IMG/VR virus record: IMGVR_UViG_3300045988_113959
Span: 31,643-95,642 of that record
Source: a virus
Length of the DNA stretch: 64,000 nucleotides
Reading direction: 5' to 3' (one strand)
How positions within the stretch are numbered: position 1 is the stretch's first letter; the number at the start of each line of letters is the position of its first letter. The position numbers and the translations under genes were made by a program. This document shows positions 38,067 to 47,563 of this stretch, in pieces. Below the pieces are notes generated by a model. The model saw only the letters and a list, made by a program, of their open reading frames with translations, was not told the origin of the DNA and searched no databases.

Positions 38067-38089
38067 GGCTATTTATTTGCGTTCTAAGG
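38067..38089 (-). promoter_or_regulatory. promoter-like box (minus-strand CCTTAGAACGCAAATAAATAGCC)
   Basis: Ends about 5 nt upstream of the 5' end of the CTA tRNA-like gene. Confidence 0.5.
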
Positions 38090-38099
38090 AGTTTCCTTT

Positions 38100-38440
38100 C
38101 GAGACAACTACAATCAATAACATGTTACTATTATAACCCCTCAAATCGCTCCTAAATAGCCTTAAATCGAACACTCCCTCTCCGTATCAGAGCTATAATA
38201 CTTAACGTAGGAATAGCCTTATTACACGTCATTATTGTTCGATGCGAATTGTTAGCTAGACAATTCTACGTATTCATGTAAGTTTACTTAACCTTTCAAA
38301 CTTCGCAATTAGCTCGCCAGCATCCTAAACTAGTTTACGTCTTGTTCCTTAACGCTTACGCACACATTTATAGTCAGTACGCTACTATTGACTCTAAGGC
38401 GGTGTCAGCCCAGCCTAAATAGCAATTTTAGGTCTTACGA
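38100..38440 (-). ncRNA. candidate structured ncRNA (about 340 nt) downstream of a promoter-like box
   Basis: ORF-free and GC-richer than the flanks. Hairpins include gaattgt/acaattc (about 38246-38266) and tagtca/tgacta (38371-38394). A promoter-like box at 38442-38466 points into it. Ends are not defined. Confidence 0.3.
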
Positions 38441-38441
38441 A

Positions 38442-38466
38442 AAAGCTATTTATTTGCGTTCTAACG
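38442..38466 (-). promoter_or_regulatory. promoter-like box (minus-strand CGTTAGAACGCAAATAAATAGCTTT)
   Basis: Points into the 38100-38440 ORF-free segment. Confidence 0.45.
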
Positions 38467-38555
38467 CGTTCAAATTTAAAGTATGTATAAATACATTACT
38501 TATTTATTTAAACGTCTTAAATCGCTCTTAAACAACCTCAAATCAAACGATTTAG

Positions 38556-38623
38556 TGAGATAGAGGGGACTCGAACCTCTCCACACATCAAAACTATGCA
38601 AAACTATGTGTACCATATATCTC
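38556..38623 (-). ncRNA. tRNA-like paralogue of the CTA element with an expanded 17-nt anticodon-position loop
   Basis: Reads GAGATAT-ATGGTA-CACAT-[AGTTTTGCATAGTTTTG]-ATGTG-TGG-AGAGG-TTCGAGT-CCCCT-CTATCTC-A. It shares the ATGGTA linker and YACAT/ATGTR stem of the CTA element. The loop contains a tandem 10-nt duplication. Confidence 0.4.
38589..38608 (-). repeat. perfect tandem duplication of 10 nt (plus-strand caaaactatg x2)
   Basis: 38589-38598 equals 38599-38608. The repeat sits in the anticodon-position loop of the tRNA-like element. Confidence 0.9.
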
Positions 38624-38746
38624 AAGTAGAGGTTTTAAACAGACCTCTAAACTGTGATTAGCGTCGCTAGGAATACGGGCATCACCCACGTAAACCATAT
38701 TCTGCACTAATCTGCTCATTGGATGTCCACCATCGACCGTTTACCA

Positions 38747-39337
38747 TTAGAATGGCAAGTCGTCGCCACTTGATGCCTGAGTACTACTATTTCCTGTAGC
38801 AAGAGGATTAGATGCATCTTCCTTATCTGCTATAATTTGACGTTCAAAGTTATCCTTTGAGAACTTCTTTATTGCAGATGGATTAGTATCCATTGGTTCA
38901 ACGAAGATTCCATTCTTAGAAACTTCAGCGTAATTACGTTGATTATAAACAACCTTAAGACGTAAAGCTTTCTTAGTTGCCAACATTGGAGTAAGTGTTG
39001 TCTTAACCCAATCAATCATTTCTTTAAATGTCTTAAATTCTCCATCTATAGAAGGATAAAAACAGTTAATAATTTGCATTATACGACCAAACTGAATGTT
39101 ATCACGGCGTTGCAAATCTTCATCTGTCTTAATCCACATATTCTTTTCGTTCTTCCACTCTGTCATTGTAACAGTTTTACCTTCAGCGTCCTCGAATACA
39201 ATTTCAAGGAAATCTTTCTGAGTTGGAGAAACTTTTGTATCAACAGATTTCAATGTAATATTTTCATTAATACCTGCTGACATGTAAGAACTTGTAAAAT
39301 CTTCGTTGTTATTAATAATATTTTTTGTACTGTACAT
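38747..39337 (-). CDS. ssb: single-stranded DNA-binding protein
   Basis: 196 aa ending ...SSGDDLPF, the acidic D-D-(I/L)-P-F tip characteristic of SSBs. Lies in the replication gene block. Confidence 0.55.
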   Translation of the reverse strand: MYSTKNIINNNEDFTSSYMSAGINENITLKSVDTKVSPTQKDFLEIVFEDAEGKTVTMTEWKNEKNMWIKTDEDLQRRDNIQFGRIMQIINCFYPSIDGEFKTFKEMIDWVKTTLTPMLATKKALRLKVVYNQRNYAEVSKNGIFVEPMDTNPSAIKKFSKDNFERQIIADKEDASNPLATGNSSTQASSGDDLPF

Positions 39338-39383
39338 ATTGTCTATTTTTCATTGAGTTATAACTTCTAAAATAATAGGGTGT

Positions 39384-40121
39384 TTAATCCTTGTAAACCT
39401 TATCCCAATAGGTTGTGATAGTTCCATCTTCATTACCAGTAGCAATAACGATATCCTTACCACGTAAATGCAAGGCACGAGCTTCTTTAATAGAATTATC
39501 TCCACCTTTAAAGCTTAAATGAGTTTCGTTACCTTTACGGTAAACTAATCCTACAGCATCAGCTTCTCCACAAATAATTGTAGATAGCTTACCAACTAAA
39601 TCTAATGCCATTTCTGACAATTCTTCTCCGTTGTTTTCTATTTGAACATCTTTAACGTGTCCTATGAGAATAAATTCATCACATAACTCTTTAAACATGT
39701 CTATTACCTTTCTAACAGCTTGTCTAATATACAAATAGCCAGAGCCATTTGGTAATATTCTAACATCATCTCCCGTCCATTTTTTGCCAATTGGAGTTTG
39801 ACGATATAATGTTGCTGCATATCCTAAGCAAATCTCCTCTAATCGAGTAGCATTATCTATTGTGATATGTTTATAAAAATTACCTCCTACTTCTTTATTC
39901 TTAGCTCTAATGGCTTGAGCAGCTTCACCTAAATCATTGATAGTACGACACTGTATAGCCATAGCATCAATGAATGTAGAACCACCTTCTAAGTCTATAA
40001 TTAGATTATTATCTAATTGTGCCAATGCTGACGTTTTGCCCGCTTTAGGACGCCCGTAAAGTATTAAGAACTTAGGGTTTACTGAAACTGCTGGAATTTT
40101 GGTTGTAGGTAATGTAATCAT
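39384..40121 (-). CDS. AAA_24/Sak4-like RecA-fold ATPase
   Basis: Walker A is LILYGRPKAGKTS near the N-terminus, with Walker B-like FILIGH. Size and position are typical of phage Sak4-type ATPases. Confidence 0.55.
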   Translation of the reverse strand: MITLPTTKIPAVSVNPKFLILYGRPKAGKTSALAQLDNNLIIDLEGGSTFIDAMAIQCRTINDLGEAAQAIRAKNKEVGGNFYKHITIDNATRLEEICLGYAATLYRQTPIGKKWTGDDVRILPNGSGYLYIRQAVRKVIDMFKELCDEFILIGHVKDVQIENNGEELSEMALDLVGKLSTIICGEADAVGLVYRKGNETHLSFKGGDNSIKEARALHLRGKDIVIATGNEDGTITTYWDKVYKD

Positions 40122-40127
40122 GTATTT

Positions 40128-40607
40128 TTATTTTTTAATGTTAATATTGATATTCAAACCATTGGTAAAAATGTCAATAATAATCTTCTTTTTTGGTTCA
40201 CTAATTGTGTTCAAGAATGAAATATCATTGAACTCTTCGTATGTATATACATCGTGTCCAATCTGAATCTCATCCTCGTAGAACATAATTGGTGTTCCGT
40301 CAATAAGCTTATAAAGCTTGCCAATAATATAAGGGAATGTCTTCATCTTATTATAATTAGCAAGAAAATTAGCTGCCTTTTTAAATTCAATATTTTCGTT
40401 CAGATTATTGGCAGTATTGAAAATAAGAACACTTGTATCAATATCTTTTTTACTCTTTAGATAAGGATTTACTTTCATCATATTATCATATATAATGTTA
40501 TCAAGAATCTTAGAGTAATTAGTTTTGTTACTTTTGGAACAAAGGTTAAATGTAAAAGATTTGTCACTAGTATTATTCTTATTTATGTTAAAAGTATATG
40601 TCTTCAT
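40128..40607 (-). CDS. hypothetical protein (159 aa)
   Basis: Tracked ORF, tightly packed between the ATPase and helicase genes. Confidence 0.5.
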   Translation of the reverse strand: MKTYTFNINKNNTSDKSFTFNLCSKSNKTNYSKILDNIIYDNMMKVNPYLKSKKDIDTSVLIFNTANNLNENIEFKKAANFLANYNKMKTFPYIIGKLYKLIDGTPIMFYEDEIQIGHDVYTYEEFNDISFLNTISEPKKKIIIDIFTNGLNININIKK

Positions 40608-40644
40608 ATTTATTTCAGCCTAAAAATTAATATTAACGACGCTT

Positions 40645-41571
40645 TTAGTCTTCAATCAAGTTATTGTATGCTAAATCATTTTCAAACTGTAAGATGCATG
40701 GCTTTCCAGCATCTCTATTTTTTAACATGTGTATATAAACTTTATTAGTAGTAGATAATTTGCTTTTACCATATTCTTGAATATTCAAGATTTCTGGTCT
40801 ATGGATTACACACACATAATCACTTGCTTGAAATATTGCGTCTGATGATGATAAATCACTACGCATTGGGTAATGACTCATCGGATTATTTATTCTTTCA
40901 GGAGCTTCTATATTTCTATTCATTTGAGCTAACTGAATAACAGATGTCATCGGTAACTTCTTTATTTGAATAAAAACACGCTCTAACTCACTTATAGTTT
41001 CTAATATAGAACCTACTTGTTTTGTTAATAGTGCGTGGTCGTATATAATAAGGAAATGTTTGTTAGTTCCTTTTACATACGTGTTATAGAACTCATATAT
41101 TATACTTTCAACTTGCGTGGGAGTAGTTGGACTATCTACAAAATAGATAGGATACTCCTTTAGCTGATTGGTAACACTGATGACTTTTCTGAACGTTTCG
41201 TCATCTAGTCTCTTTTCAGAGCTATACAAAGTTGAAGTCGTTCTCCTAAGCTTATTAGAGAGTGTCCTTCCGACCTGCCTAAAACCAACCATCTCTAATG
41301 AAAAGTTTAAAGCTATAATATCTTCCTGAGGGTTTAAATCAATTACGTCTGTGGTAATTAAGTTTGCAAATGAACTTTTACCACTTCCCGAAATGCCTGC
41401 AATGGTCAATACTGTATTAGGTTCTATTCCACCCATACATTGTTTATTAAACTTAGACCATCTTGTTTTAAGGCTGACAATTTCATTGTTACGTCTGCCT
41501 GCTATATAACGAACAGCTTCATTTGCAACTACAGACATAGGACGTATCAAATTAGATAATCTCTGCTCCAT
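40645..41571 (-). CDS. DnaB-like replicative helicase (RecA-like C-terminal domain)
   Basis: Walker A is LTIAGISGSGKSSFA and Walker B is LIIYDHALL. Arginine-finger-type NRNIE region follows. Confidence 0.6.
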   Translation of the reverse strand: MEQRLSNLIRPMSVVANEAVRYIAGRRNNEIVSLKTRWSKFNKQCMGGIEPNTVLTIAGISGSGKSSFANLITTDVIDLNPQEDIIALNFSLEMVGFRQVGRTLSNKLRRTTSTLYSSEKRLDDETFRKVISVTNQLKEYPIYFVDSPTTPTQVESIIYEFYNTYVKGTNKHFLIIYDHALLTKQVGSILETISELERVFIQIKKLPMTSVIQLAQMNRNIEAPERINNPMSHYPMRSDLSSSDAIFQASDYVCVIHRPEILNIQEYGKSKLSTTNKVYIHMLKNRDAGKPCILQFENDLAYNNLIED

Positions 41572-42148
41572 AATCGCTCTTATTTGCTTGTTCTTGTTCG
41601 TTTAACATTTCTTCTTCAATTTCTTCCCAGTGATGGTCTTGTAACCATCTCCACATAGTCTTCATATAACTAAGTTTTCCTAATTTAGCTTTTTTGTCAA
41701 TCTCTTTAGATAAACAATTATTAATATGTTCTGCTAAACCAGGAGTTCCTTTTATATAATTATTATAAAGATTTCTGCATTTATTCTTATTAGCTCTAAG
41801 GTAAGTTTTTTCACCATTAGGTCTAATGGAATAAACTGGGTACATCTCGTAAAACAGGTCAAAATGACTACGGTCTGGGGTGACATAAGCCTCAAGCTTC
41901 TCTGTTTCTTGATATGTAATTGAATTACTTCTCTCTATCGAAGTAATAAGTCCTTGTTGAATTAAGTATAATATCTCGTCGTCACTGATTAGGCTGACAA
42001 TCTTTTGGACGCTTTGATTATTCTTTTTTTGATTCTTATCCAATACTATACTTAAGAAAACTAATTGATTTAAATTTACTTTTTCTGGAATGCCCAGAAG
42101 TTTTTCGTTTATTTCGATAATCATACTCTTATATTCAAAGATTAACAA
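41552..42148 (-). CDS. hypothetical protein (198 aa)
   Basis: Tracked ORF overlapping both neighbours, which suggests coupling. Confidence 0.5.
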   Translation of the reverse strand: MLIFEYKSMIIEINEKLLGIPEKVNLNQLVFLSIVLDKNQKKNNQSVQKIVSLISDDEILYLIQQGLITSIERSNSITYQETEKLEAYVTPDRSHFDLFYEMYPVYSIRPNGEKTYLRANKNKCRNLYNNYIKGTPGLAEHINNCLSKEIDKKAKLGKLSYMKTMWRWLQDHHWEEIEEEMLNEQEQANKSDYGAEII

Positions 42149-44088
42149 GCGTTATCGCCAAACAAACTTAATTGCTTACATCTCAACTCTTCAACTATTT
42201 TTTGAGCTTTTTTGATGTAATACAAATAGTTTATATGACGATGCTCTATTGGCTTTTCGTCATATGTATTTAAAATAGTAACACCAGAATCCGCTAACAT
42301 ATTATAATCTGTATATTTGTGAGCGTCATAGTCTTTGCCTTGATATTTAAAACCAAGACCTCTATACTTTTCTGTGTATTTTCTTTTAAATAAATAGTAA
42401 TCATTTGTTGATGCGTAAAATCTATTTACTCGTTGCACTTTTTCTGTTCCGTGAAACACATCGAATTTTTTATTTACGCGTTGACCCATTACGAAGTCTT
42501 TAATGTCTTTAGAAGACCTTATATATTCGTTAACAGGTTGTTTTGTTAAGAAATAATTTATTACTGCTTTTGGTATAATGGTTGGTGCTAAACCACCTCC
42601 AAGTTTAGTTTCAGTAATAAACATTCCAATTTTTTCTATCAATTTAGGGTTCTTAGATTGAGAATACCCATCAATGATACCGAAATAATCATTGATTGCG
42701 TATTGATAAAACGCTTCATAATCGTTGCTTTCAAAAACAAGTTGTGTAATAGCTTCTACTTCAGAAATAGCTTCCTGTACCCTATTTCTAGCATTCTTCT
42801 TCGCTACATACATAACACCATCTGTATTAGCCTGTACAATCTTACAACCTAATTCCAGAAGACGCTCAATCAACATTAATAGAATCAATTGTCCATTAAT
42901 TCGTATTTTGAAGACGTTGAATGGGTCGTATAACCAACTGTTTTCTTCTTGCATTTTACCAGTTACAGAGTTTAAGGCAAGCTTAAATGTCTTATCCTTT
43001 AACTTCTGTTGATTATGTTTTGCTTCTACTCTAATGTTGTAAGCATCTTCATATACTTGCAAAAATACTTTTCCTAAATGTTGAGGAGTTAATTTATATT
43101 TTATCAATAATGATGGATACATTGATAACACATCACTGTGTCCTATATACTCGTCTTCATTTGAACGGATTATTCCTGGCTTGTTAATGGAGTGCAAACC
43201 ACCAACTCCTAAGGAATAGCCTAGATTCGAGAGAACAAACTTCTTCTCGTAGCCTTTGCGTTCTTTAGATGAAACTTTTTGTTGTTTCATATCTTCAAGA
43301 ATGTCTTTTAATATTCGGTTTTTGTATGTTATAAAAGGGAAAATAACATCTTTAAGAGGCACTATATCCATTGGACTCGATAACTCTTTAAGCTTTTTAT
43401 ATGATATTCCTGTTTTATCACAGTACATCTTAGCTAATATTCTTTCCCCAATTTTAACTCCATCGAAAGATAAACATTGTATATTATATTCATCTTCAAT
43501 ATACAATCTTAGTTCTATATCTTTTTTAAGTAAATTCAATAGTTCTGCTGTAGAATCTACATCGTTGATGTTGTATTTAACTACTTCATCAATTTCTTCA
43601 TCTGTAATCGGTTCGTCAAAAGAACCATCATACTCTTGAACATTCTTATAATGCATTGTTAATTGCATTTCTTTAAGACCTATTCTTTTCTTAGAACTAA
43701 ATTGCATTGTTAACAAGTCCATAGATGAAAATATATTTGCATACTTCCACCTTTTGAACCCGTCATAATCTCCATCTTCTGCATTTATTATACATTTAGA
43801 TAATCTATATAATGATGAACAAATTCTTCTGTATGATTTTTTACTCATTATATTATATAAATCTATAATATAATTCATAACAACATCGTCATAGTAATGA
43901 TTGTTATACCCACAGAACATTATGTCCTTAGACATAAAAAAATCAACTAGCTCGGCTAATTGATTCTTCCTATTAGATATTTCAAAAGTACTTATTTCGT
44001 CAGTTGTAGTATCTTTATATGTACAAGTAAAACAGTTTGGAAATATTTCAATGTCGTAAACAACGACTTTTAGATTTCTTATTAACAT
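42142..44088 (-). CDS. family B DNA polymerase
   Basis: Exo I is VYDIEIF, Exo II GYNNHYYD and Exo III YNINDVDS. Pol motif A is DVLSMYPS, motif B KLALNSVTGK and motif C QANTDGV. Confidence 0.9.
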   Translation of the reverse strand: MLIRNLKVVVYDIEIFPNCFTCTYKDTTTDEISTFEISNRKNQLAELVDFFMSKDIMFCGYNNHYYDDVVMNYIIDLYNIMSKKSYRRICSSLYRLSKCIINAEDGDYDGFKRWKYANIFSSMDLLTMQFSSKKRIGLKEMQLTMHYKNVQEYDGSFDEPITDEEIDEVVKYNINDVDSTAELLNLLKKDIELRLYIEDEYNIQCLSFDGVKIGERILAKMYCDKTGISYKKLKELSSPMDIVPLKDVIFPFITYKNRILKDILEDMKQQKVSSKERKGYEKKFVLSNLGYSLGVGGLHSINKPGIIRSNEDEYIGHSDVLSMYPSLLIKYKLTPQHLGKVFLQVYEDAYNIRVEAKHNQQKLKDKTFKLALNSVTGKMQEENSWLYDPFNVFKIRINGQLILLMLIERLLELGCKIVQANTDGVMYVAKKNARNRVQEAISEVEAITQLVFESNDYEAFYQYAINDYFGIIDGYSQSKNPKLIEKIGMFITETKLGGGLAPTIIPKAVINYFLTKQPVNEYIRSSKDIKDFVMGQRVNKKFDVFHGTEKVQRVNRFYASTNDYYLFKRKYTEKYRGLGFKYQGKDYDAHKYTDYNMLADSGVTILNTYDEKPIEHRHINYLYYIKKAQKIVEELRCKQLSLFGDNAC

Positions 44089-44203
44089 GGTTCATAGACT
44101 CTTAGTTTAATATTATTAAAATTCACTTGGCTTATGACGTATCTGCATACACCGCTTAACTTAGTGGTCCTAAGCTGTCCGTCTTTCGCTACAAGTGATA
44201 TTG

Positions 44204-44264
44204 TGAGTTATGTAGGAATCGAACCTACTAAAGCCCTAAGCGACTAGTCGCATACTTATAACCC
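44204..44264 (-). ncRNA. tRNA-like element, 61 nt: acceptor plus T-arm around the palindrome GCGACTAGTCGC
   Basis: Reads GGGTTAT-AAGTAT-GCGACTAGTCGC-TTAGGGCTTTA-GTAGG-TTCGATT-CCTAC-ATAACTC-A. The acceptor has 7 bp including one G:U. Confidence 0.35.
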
Positions 44265-44293
44265 TTCGTAAATACTAATTATTAATTCTTAAG

Positions 44294-44364
44294 TGGATTA
44301 GATAGGATTCAAACCTATACCTCTGACGACCAGTCAACGTTCTATCAATTATCACTACTAATCC
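44294..44364 (-). ncRNA. tRNA-like gene, 71 nt, degenerate D-arm, anticodon-position hairpin TTGAC-TGGTC-GTCAG
   Basis: The acceptor GGATTAG/CTAATCC is perfect and the T-arm is ATAGG-TTTGAAT-CCTAT. No 4-bp D-stem could be drawn. If the loop is opened to 7 nt (CTGGTCG) the anticodon would be GGT. Confidence 0.35.
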
Positions 44365-44551
44365 GAGAGTAGGAAAAGCAAAAAAGCGTCAAATCTTTTT
44401 AACCGTTCCTACGAAAGAAGTAAATCGTCAAATATTTCAACTCCTTCCAACACTTTGTCAGTCGTATATGCATTGATTTGACACTCTGAAAATATATAAA
44501 ACATATTATATATCTTGCATCTGGGCTCAAGCGACATACTTAAAGCCATCG

Positions 44552-44633
44552 TGGTAGGTGTGGGATTCGAACCTCACGACCGCTGCATTGTTAGTGCAGT
44601 ACTCTAGACCAAAAACTTCTGAGTTAACCTACC
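44552..44633 (-). ncRNA. tRNA-like gene, 82 nt, anticodon loop CTAACAA (AAC), extended D-arm
   Basis: Reads GGTAGGT-TA-ACTC-(16 nt)-GAGT-A-CTGCA-CTAACAA-TGCAG-CGGTC-GTGAG-GTTCGAAT-CCCAC-ACCTACC-A. The acceptor and anticodon stems are perfect. The T-stem has an A:C mismatch with an 8-nt loop, and the D-loop is oversized. Confidence 0.4.
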
Positions 44634-44677
44634 ATTTTAAAGTGTTGATGGGACGATAGGAGTCACCATCAGCACCG

Positions 44678-45364
44678 TTATGCTGCTATAGTAAGCAACA
44701 CCTTACGTTCGTATGTATAAGAAACTGATTTACAGTTATATTGTTTAGATGCATCCTTAAGTGTTTTTTTACATACTTCTGCTATAGTATCTTTTTTTAC
44801 AAATCGTTTTCCAGCAAACTTACATAATGGATAACCAATTATCAATGGGTCCATATTTGGATATTTATAATATTGTCCATTATAATTATTTTTTACAATT
44901 GGTGTAAGTTTTGATTTTTTACTGTCAAACGGTAATACTGTTTTGTCATATATCGAAATTACGACATCTCGAAAATGCTCAAGAGCTTCATCTCTTTCTT
45001 TCTCCCAGTCTTCAAGAAACTCTTTGTAGAATAAGTTTTGCTTATCATCTGGTTTTGGATTATTCCTAATCCATTTATTTAGTTTGTGTTGTGCTAAACT
45101 TTCCATATACTTAGCTATACCAACAGGTTTTATAGTATTCTTATCGTGTAAAATCTTTGTTTCTGAAGGTTTTCTAAACCATTTTGTATGGTCTCCCCAC
45201 GATTCATGTCTAGTTTCATAGTTATATTGTTTACCACTAACTAACATAAACCATGGCTTTTTAGAAAGTATATAATTCTTTTTTAAATACTCTTTGCGAG
45301 CTTGTTTTGCCTGGTCATATGTAACGGCATAACTGGTATTTATTGGTTGCGTTTTTATTTTCAT
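44678..45364 (-). CDS. hypothetical protein (228 aa)
   Basis: Tracked ORF. A promoter-like box lies about 20 nt upstream of its ATG. Confidence 0.55.
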   Translation of the reverse strand: MKIKTQPINTSYAVTYDQAKQARKEYLKKNYILSKKPWFMLVSGKQYNYETRHESWGDHTKWFRKPSETKILHDKNTIKPVGIAKYMESLAQHKLNKWIRNNPKPDDKQNLFYKEFLEDWEKERDEALEHFRDVVISIYDKTVLPFDSKKSKLTPIVKNNYNGQYYKYPNMDPLIIGYPLCKFAGKRFVKKDTIAEVCKKTLKDASKQYNCKSVSYTYERKVLLTIAA

Positions 45365-45384
45365 TTTGATAATGTCTCTTAATT

Positions 45385-45409
45385 AGTTAAATAAATGCGT
45401 TTTAAGGCG
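45385..45409 (-). promoter_or_regulatory. promoter-like box (minus-strand CGCCTTAAAACGCATTTATTTAACT)
   Basis: Lies about 20 nt upstream of ATG 45364. Confidence 0.45.
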
Positions 45410-45491
45410 TTATAATACTTTTTATGATATTATATACGTAAATGCGTATAAAACGCCTTAGAATGGCTCTAAATGGCCTTAAATCGAATTG

Positions 45492-45541
45492 TGGTATAGA
45501 TAGCCTCGAACTACCGCTAAAATGCTGGTCCTTATACACCA
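45492..45541 (-). ncRNA. acceptor/T-arm tRNA-like element (50 nt)
   Basis: Reads TGGTGTA-(19 nt)-GGTAG-TTCGAGG-CTATC-TATACCA. It is followed by a CGATTTAAGG box and a promoter-like box. Confidence 0.35.
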
Positions 45542-45557
45542 TACACCTTATTTGTTA

Positions 45558-46109
45558 TTATAATGCTATTTCGTTCTTAAAGAAGTCTGCAATAGTATCA
45601 ATACATTCAATATCTGTATTGTCATTGAAGTTCTTAAGATTAGCATCGTGTTTGTTTGCTTTCAATTGTTCAGCTTTAAGCAATGAAGAAATCTTAGCCG
45701 ATGTAAACGTTTCCGTTTTACCCATATTCTTCTTACCCTTAGAAGCCTTTTCTGTTGGATTGATTGTTGGAATCATTTTCAACTGAGCTATAGCTTCTTT
45801 AGCTTCACCTGCTGCGAAAATATCGTAATTATTTGTCTTCTTAAAGTCATCATAATTGAAGGTTTTAACACCCATATTAAGAGACATTAGAAGTCCTTTA
45901 ATAATAATACGCTTTTCTGTCATTTGTGTAATCTCATTATACAAATTCTTAAGGTCAAAACCTGAACCCATACCAGACTTAATAGCCTTCTTAGACATTA
46001 CGTTCTCTGAACGAATAATCTTCCAATACTTATTAATCTTTGCATCTAGTTCCTTACGAATATTAATGATATTACTTGAATTTAATTTAATTGATTTGTT
46101 CTTGCTCAT
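45558..46109 (-). CDS. hypothetical protein (183 aa, basic)
   Basis: Tracked ORF on the arm's coding strand. Confidence 0.5.
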   Translation of the reverse strand: MSKNKSIKLNSSNIINIRKELDAKINKYWKIIRSENVMSKKAIKSGMGSGFDLKNLYNEITQMTEKRIIIKGLLMSLNMGVKTFNYDDFKKTNNYDIFAAGEAKEAIAQLKMIPTINPTEKASKGKKNMGKTETFTSAKISSLLKAEQLKANKHDANLKNFNDNTDIECIDTIADFFKNEIAL

Positions 46110-46392
46110 ATATTTATAGAAATTTGATTAAAATTAAACATAAAACAGTTTGAGCAAATTATCTACTAGCTTATTGCTTGGAATCGAACCAAGATTTAAA
46201 GTTATCCAGCGAGATGTGCACCCCAGCGGAGTGACACATCTCAAATCCCTCAGGATTTTTGGAAACTTATAAATTCCACAGTTTGTGAAAGTTAGAATAT
46301 AAATATATTATACAAATATAAAAGATTACTCAAACATTCGTTGTGAAGTAAAATTCCGCAGAAATTACTTCTACACCCAGCGGATGTAATAC

Positions 46393-46977
46393 TTATGATT
46401 TGAAAAATCCTTTAAATCCGTACTCTAAATTTATATTCATTGACTTTCCCTCGCTGTCAATAAATGGTATTTTCTTTTCTACCCCGTTTATCTTTATGTT
46501 GATAATTTTTGGTTCATTAGAGTTGGTATTAAAGTTGTAGCCTGAGTCTTTCTCCCGACACCCCTCGAAGTGTTCTACTTCTTTATACCCATCGCTCTTC
46601 TGAGCCACAAATCGCCAACAATCGTATAAACGTTGTATTACATAGTTATAGTCCTTTTTACGGACAGAGTTCTTGACTATCTCTAAAGATAGTCCATTTA
46701 TAATCGCTTCTTTATTCTTGCCTTCAGACATGTCTGAAAGAGCGCTCCAAATTTTAAGAGCAAAACTATCAAATGGAATTTTGTCCTGGCAATTAATTAG
46801 TTGATTCCACCAACTAACAGACGTTTTTCCTAGAACAATAGTACCATTATCTAGGATTGTACAAATCTTATACTTTTCTGCGTCTGTTTCGTTATCTAAA
46901 ACGATAGTTGATATTTTGGAATCTTCTAATAATACCTTCATTAGTAGCTTGCTCGTAGTAGTGACAAGCTTTTCCAT
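46393..46977 (-). CDS. hypothetical protein (194 aa)
   Basis: Tracked ORF. Confidence 0.5.
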   Translation of the reverse strand: MEKLVTTTSKLLMKVLLEDSKISTIVLDNETDAEKYKICTILDNGTIVLGKTSVSWWNQLINCQDKIPFDSFALKIWSALSDMSEGKNKEAIINGLSLEIVKNSVRKKDYNYVIQRLYDCWRFVAQKSDGYKEVEHFEGCREKDSGYNFNTNSNEPKIINIKINGVEKKIPFIDSEGKSMNINLEYGFKGFFKS

Positions 46978-46981
46978 TCAA

Positions 46982-47563
46982 TTAGCCTTCCTTAATAGTT
47001 ACAGTAACATTTGGTTCACCAAACTCACGAACATAAGCTTCTACTTTCTTATTGTTCTCATCAATTGCTGCAAGGATTGCTTGCTTGTCCTTCTTAAGGT
47101 CTTCAATTAGATTGTCAATTCGTGTCAATTCTGAATTATTTGCTACATTTGCAGCTGAAACTAATGCTTTTACATCTGAGAAGATTATGCTATTATCTCC
47201 TCGAAGAGCCTTGCCAATAGCATCATCAGTAACCTTTCCAACAGATGACAAGTCTGGTGAAATTGGCATTACAACACTACTAGGAAGGTCTTTATTGATG
47301 ATTACTACTGGAGCTCCAGAAATATCTTCACCAATTTGTAGGCTTTGAACATCATAGCCTAGAACACGAAATCGTTGTATTGAACGGTTGAGAATTAAAT
47401 CCTTATTGCCATTCATTTCTATATCCCGTTTCAATTCCTCAAAGTTGAGGGTATTTTGACGAGCTTCTGGACGATAATACTGGCAGCCAAATTGTTTGCC
47501 AATAGTTGATAAATTACAACGATTACTTGCGATTACCTGAGGGTTTACTTTATTAGTATTCAT
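46982..47563 (-). CDS. hypothetical protein (193 aa)
   Basis: Tracked ORF, 4 nt upstream of the next gene. Confidence 0.5.
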   Translation of the reverse strand: MNTNKVNPQVIASNRCNLSTIGKQFGCQYYRPEARQNTLNFEELKRDIEMNGNKDLILNRSIQRFRVLGYDVQSLQIGEDISGAPVVIINKDLPSSVVMPISPDLSSVGKVTDDAIGKALRGDNSIIFSDVKALVSAANVANNSELTRIDNLIEDLKKDKQAILAAIDENNKKVEAYVREFGEPNVTVTIKEG

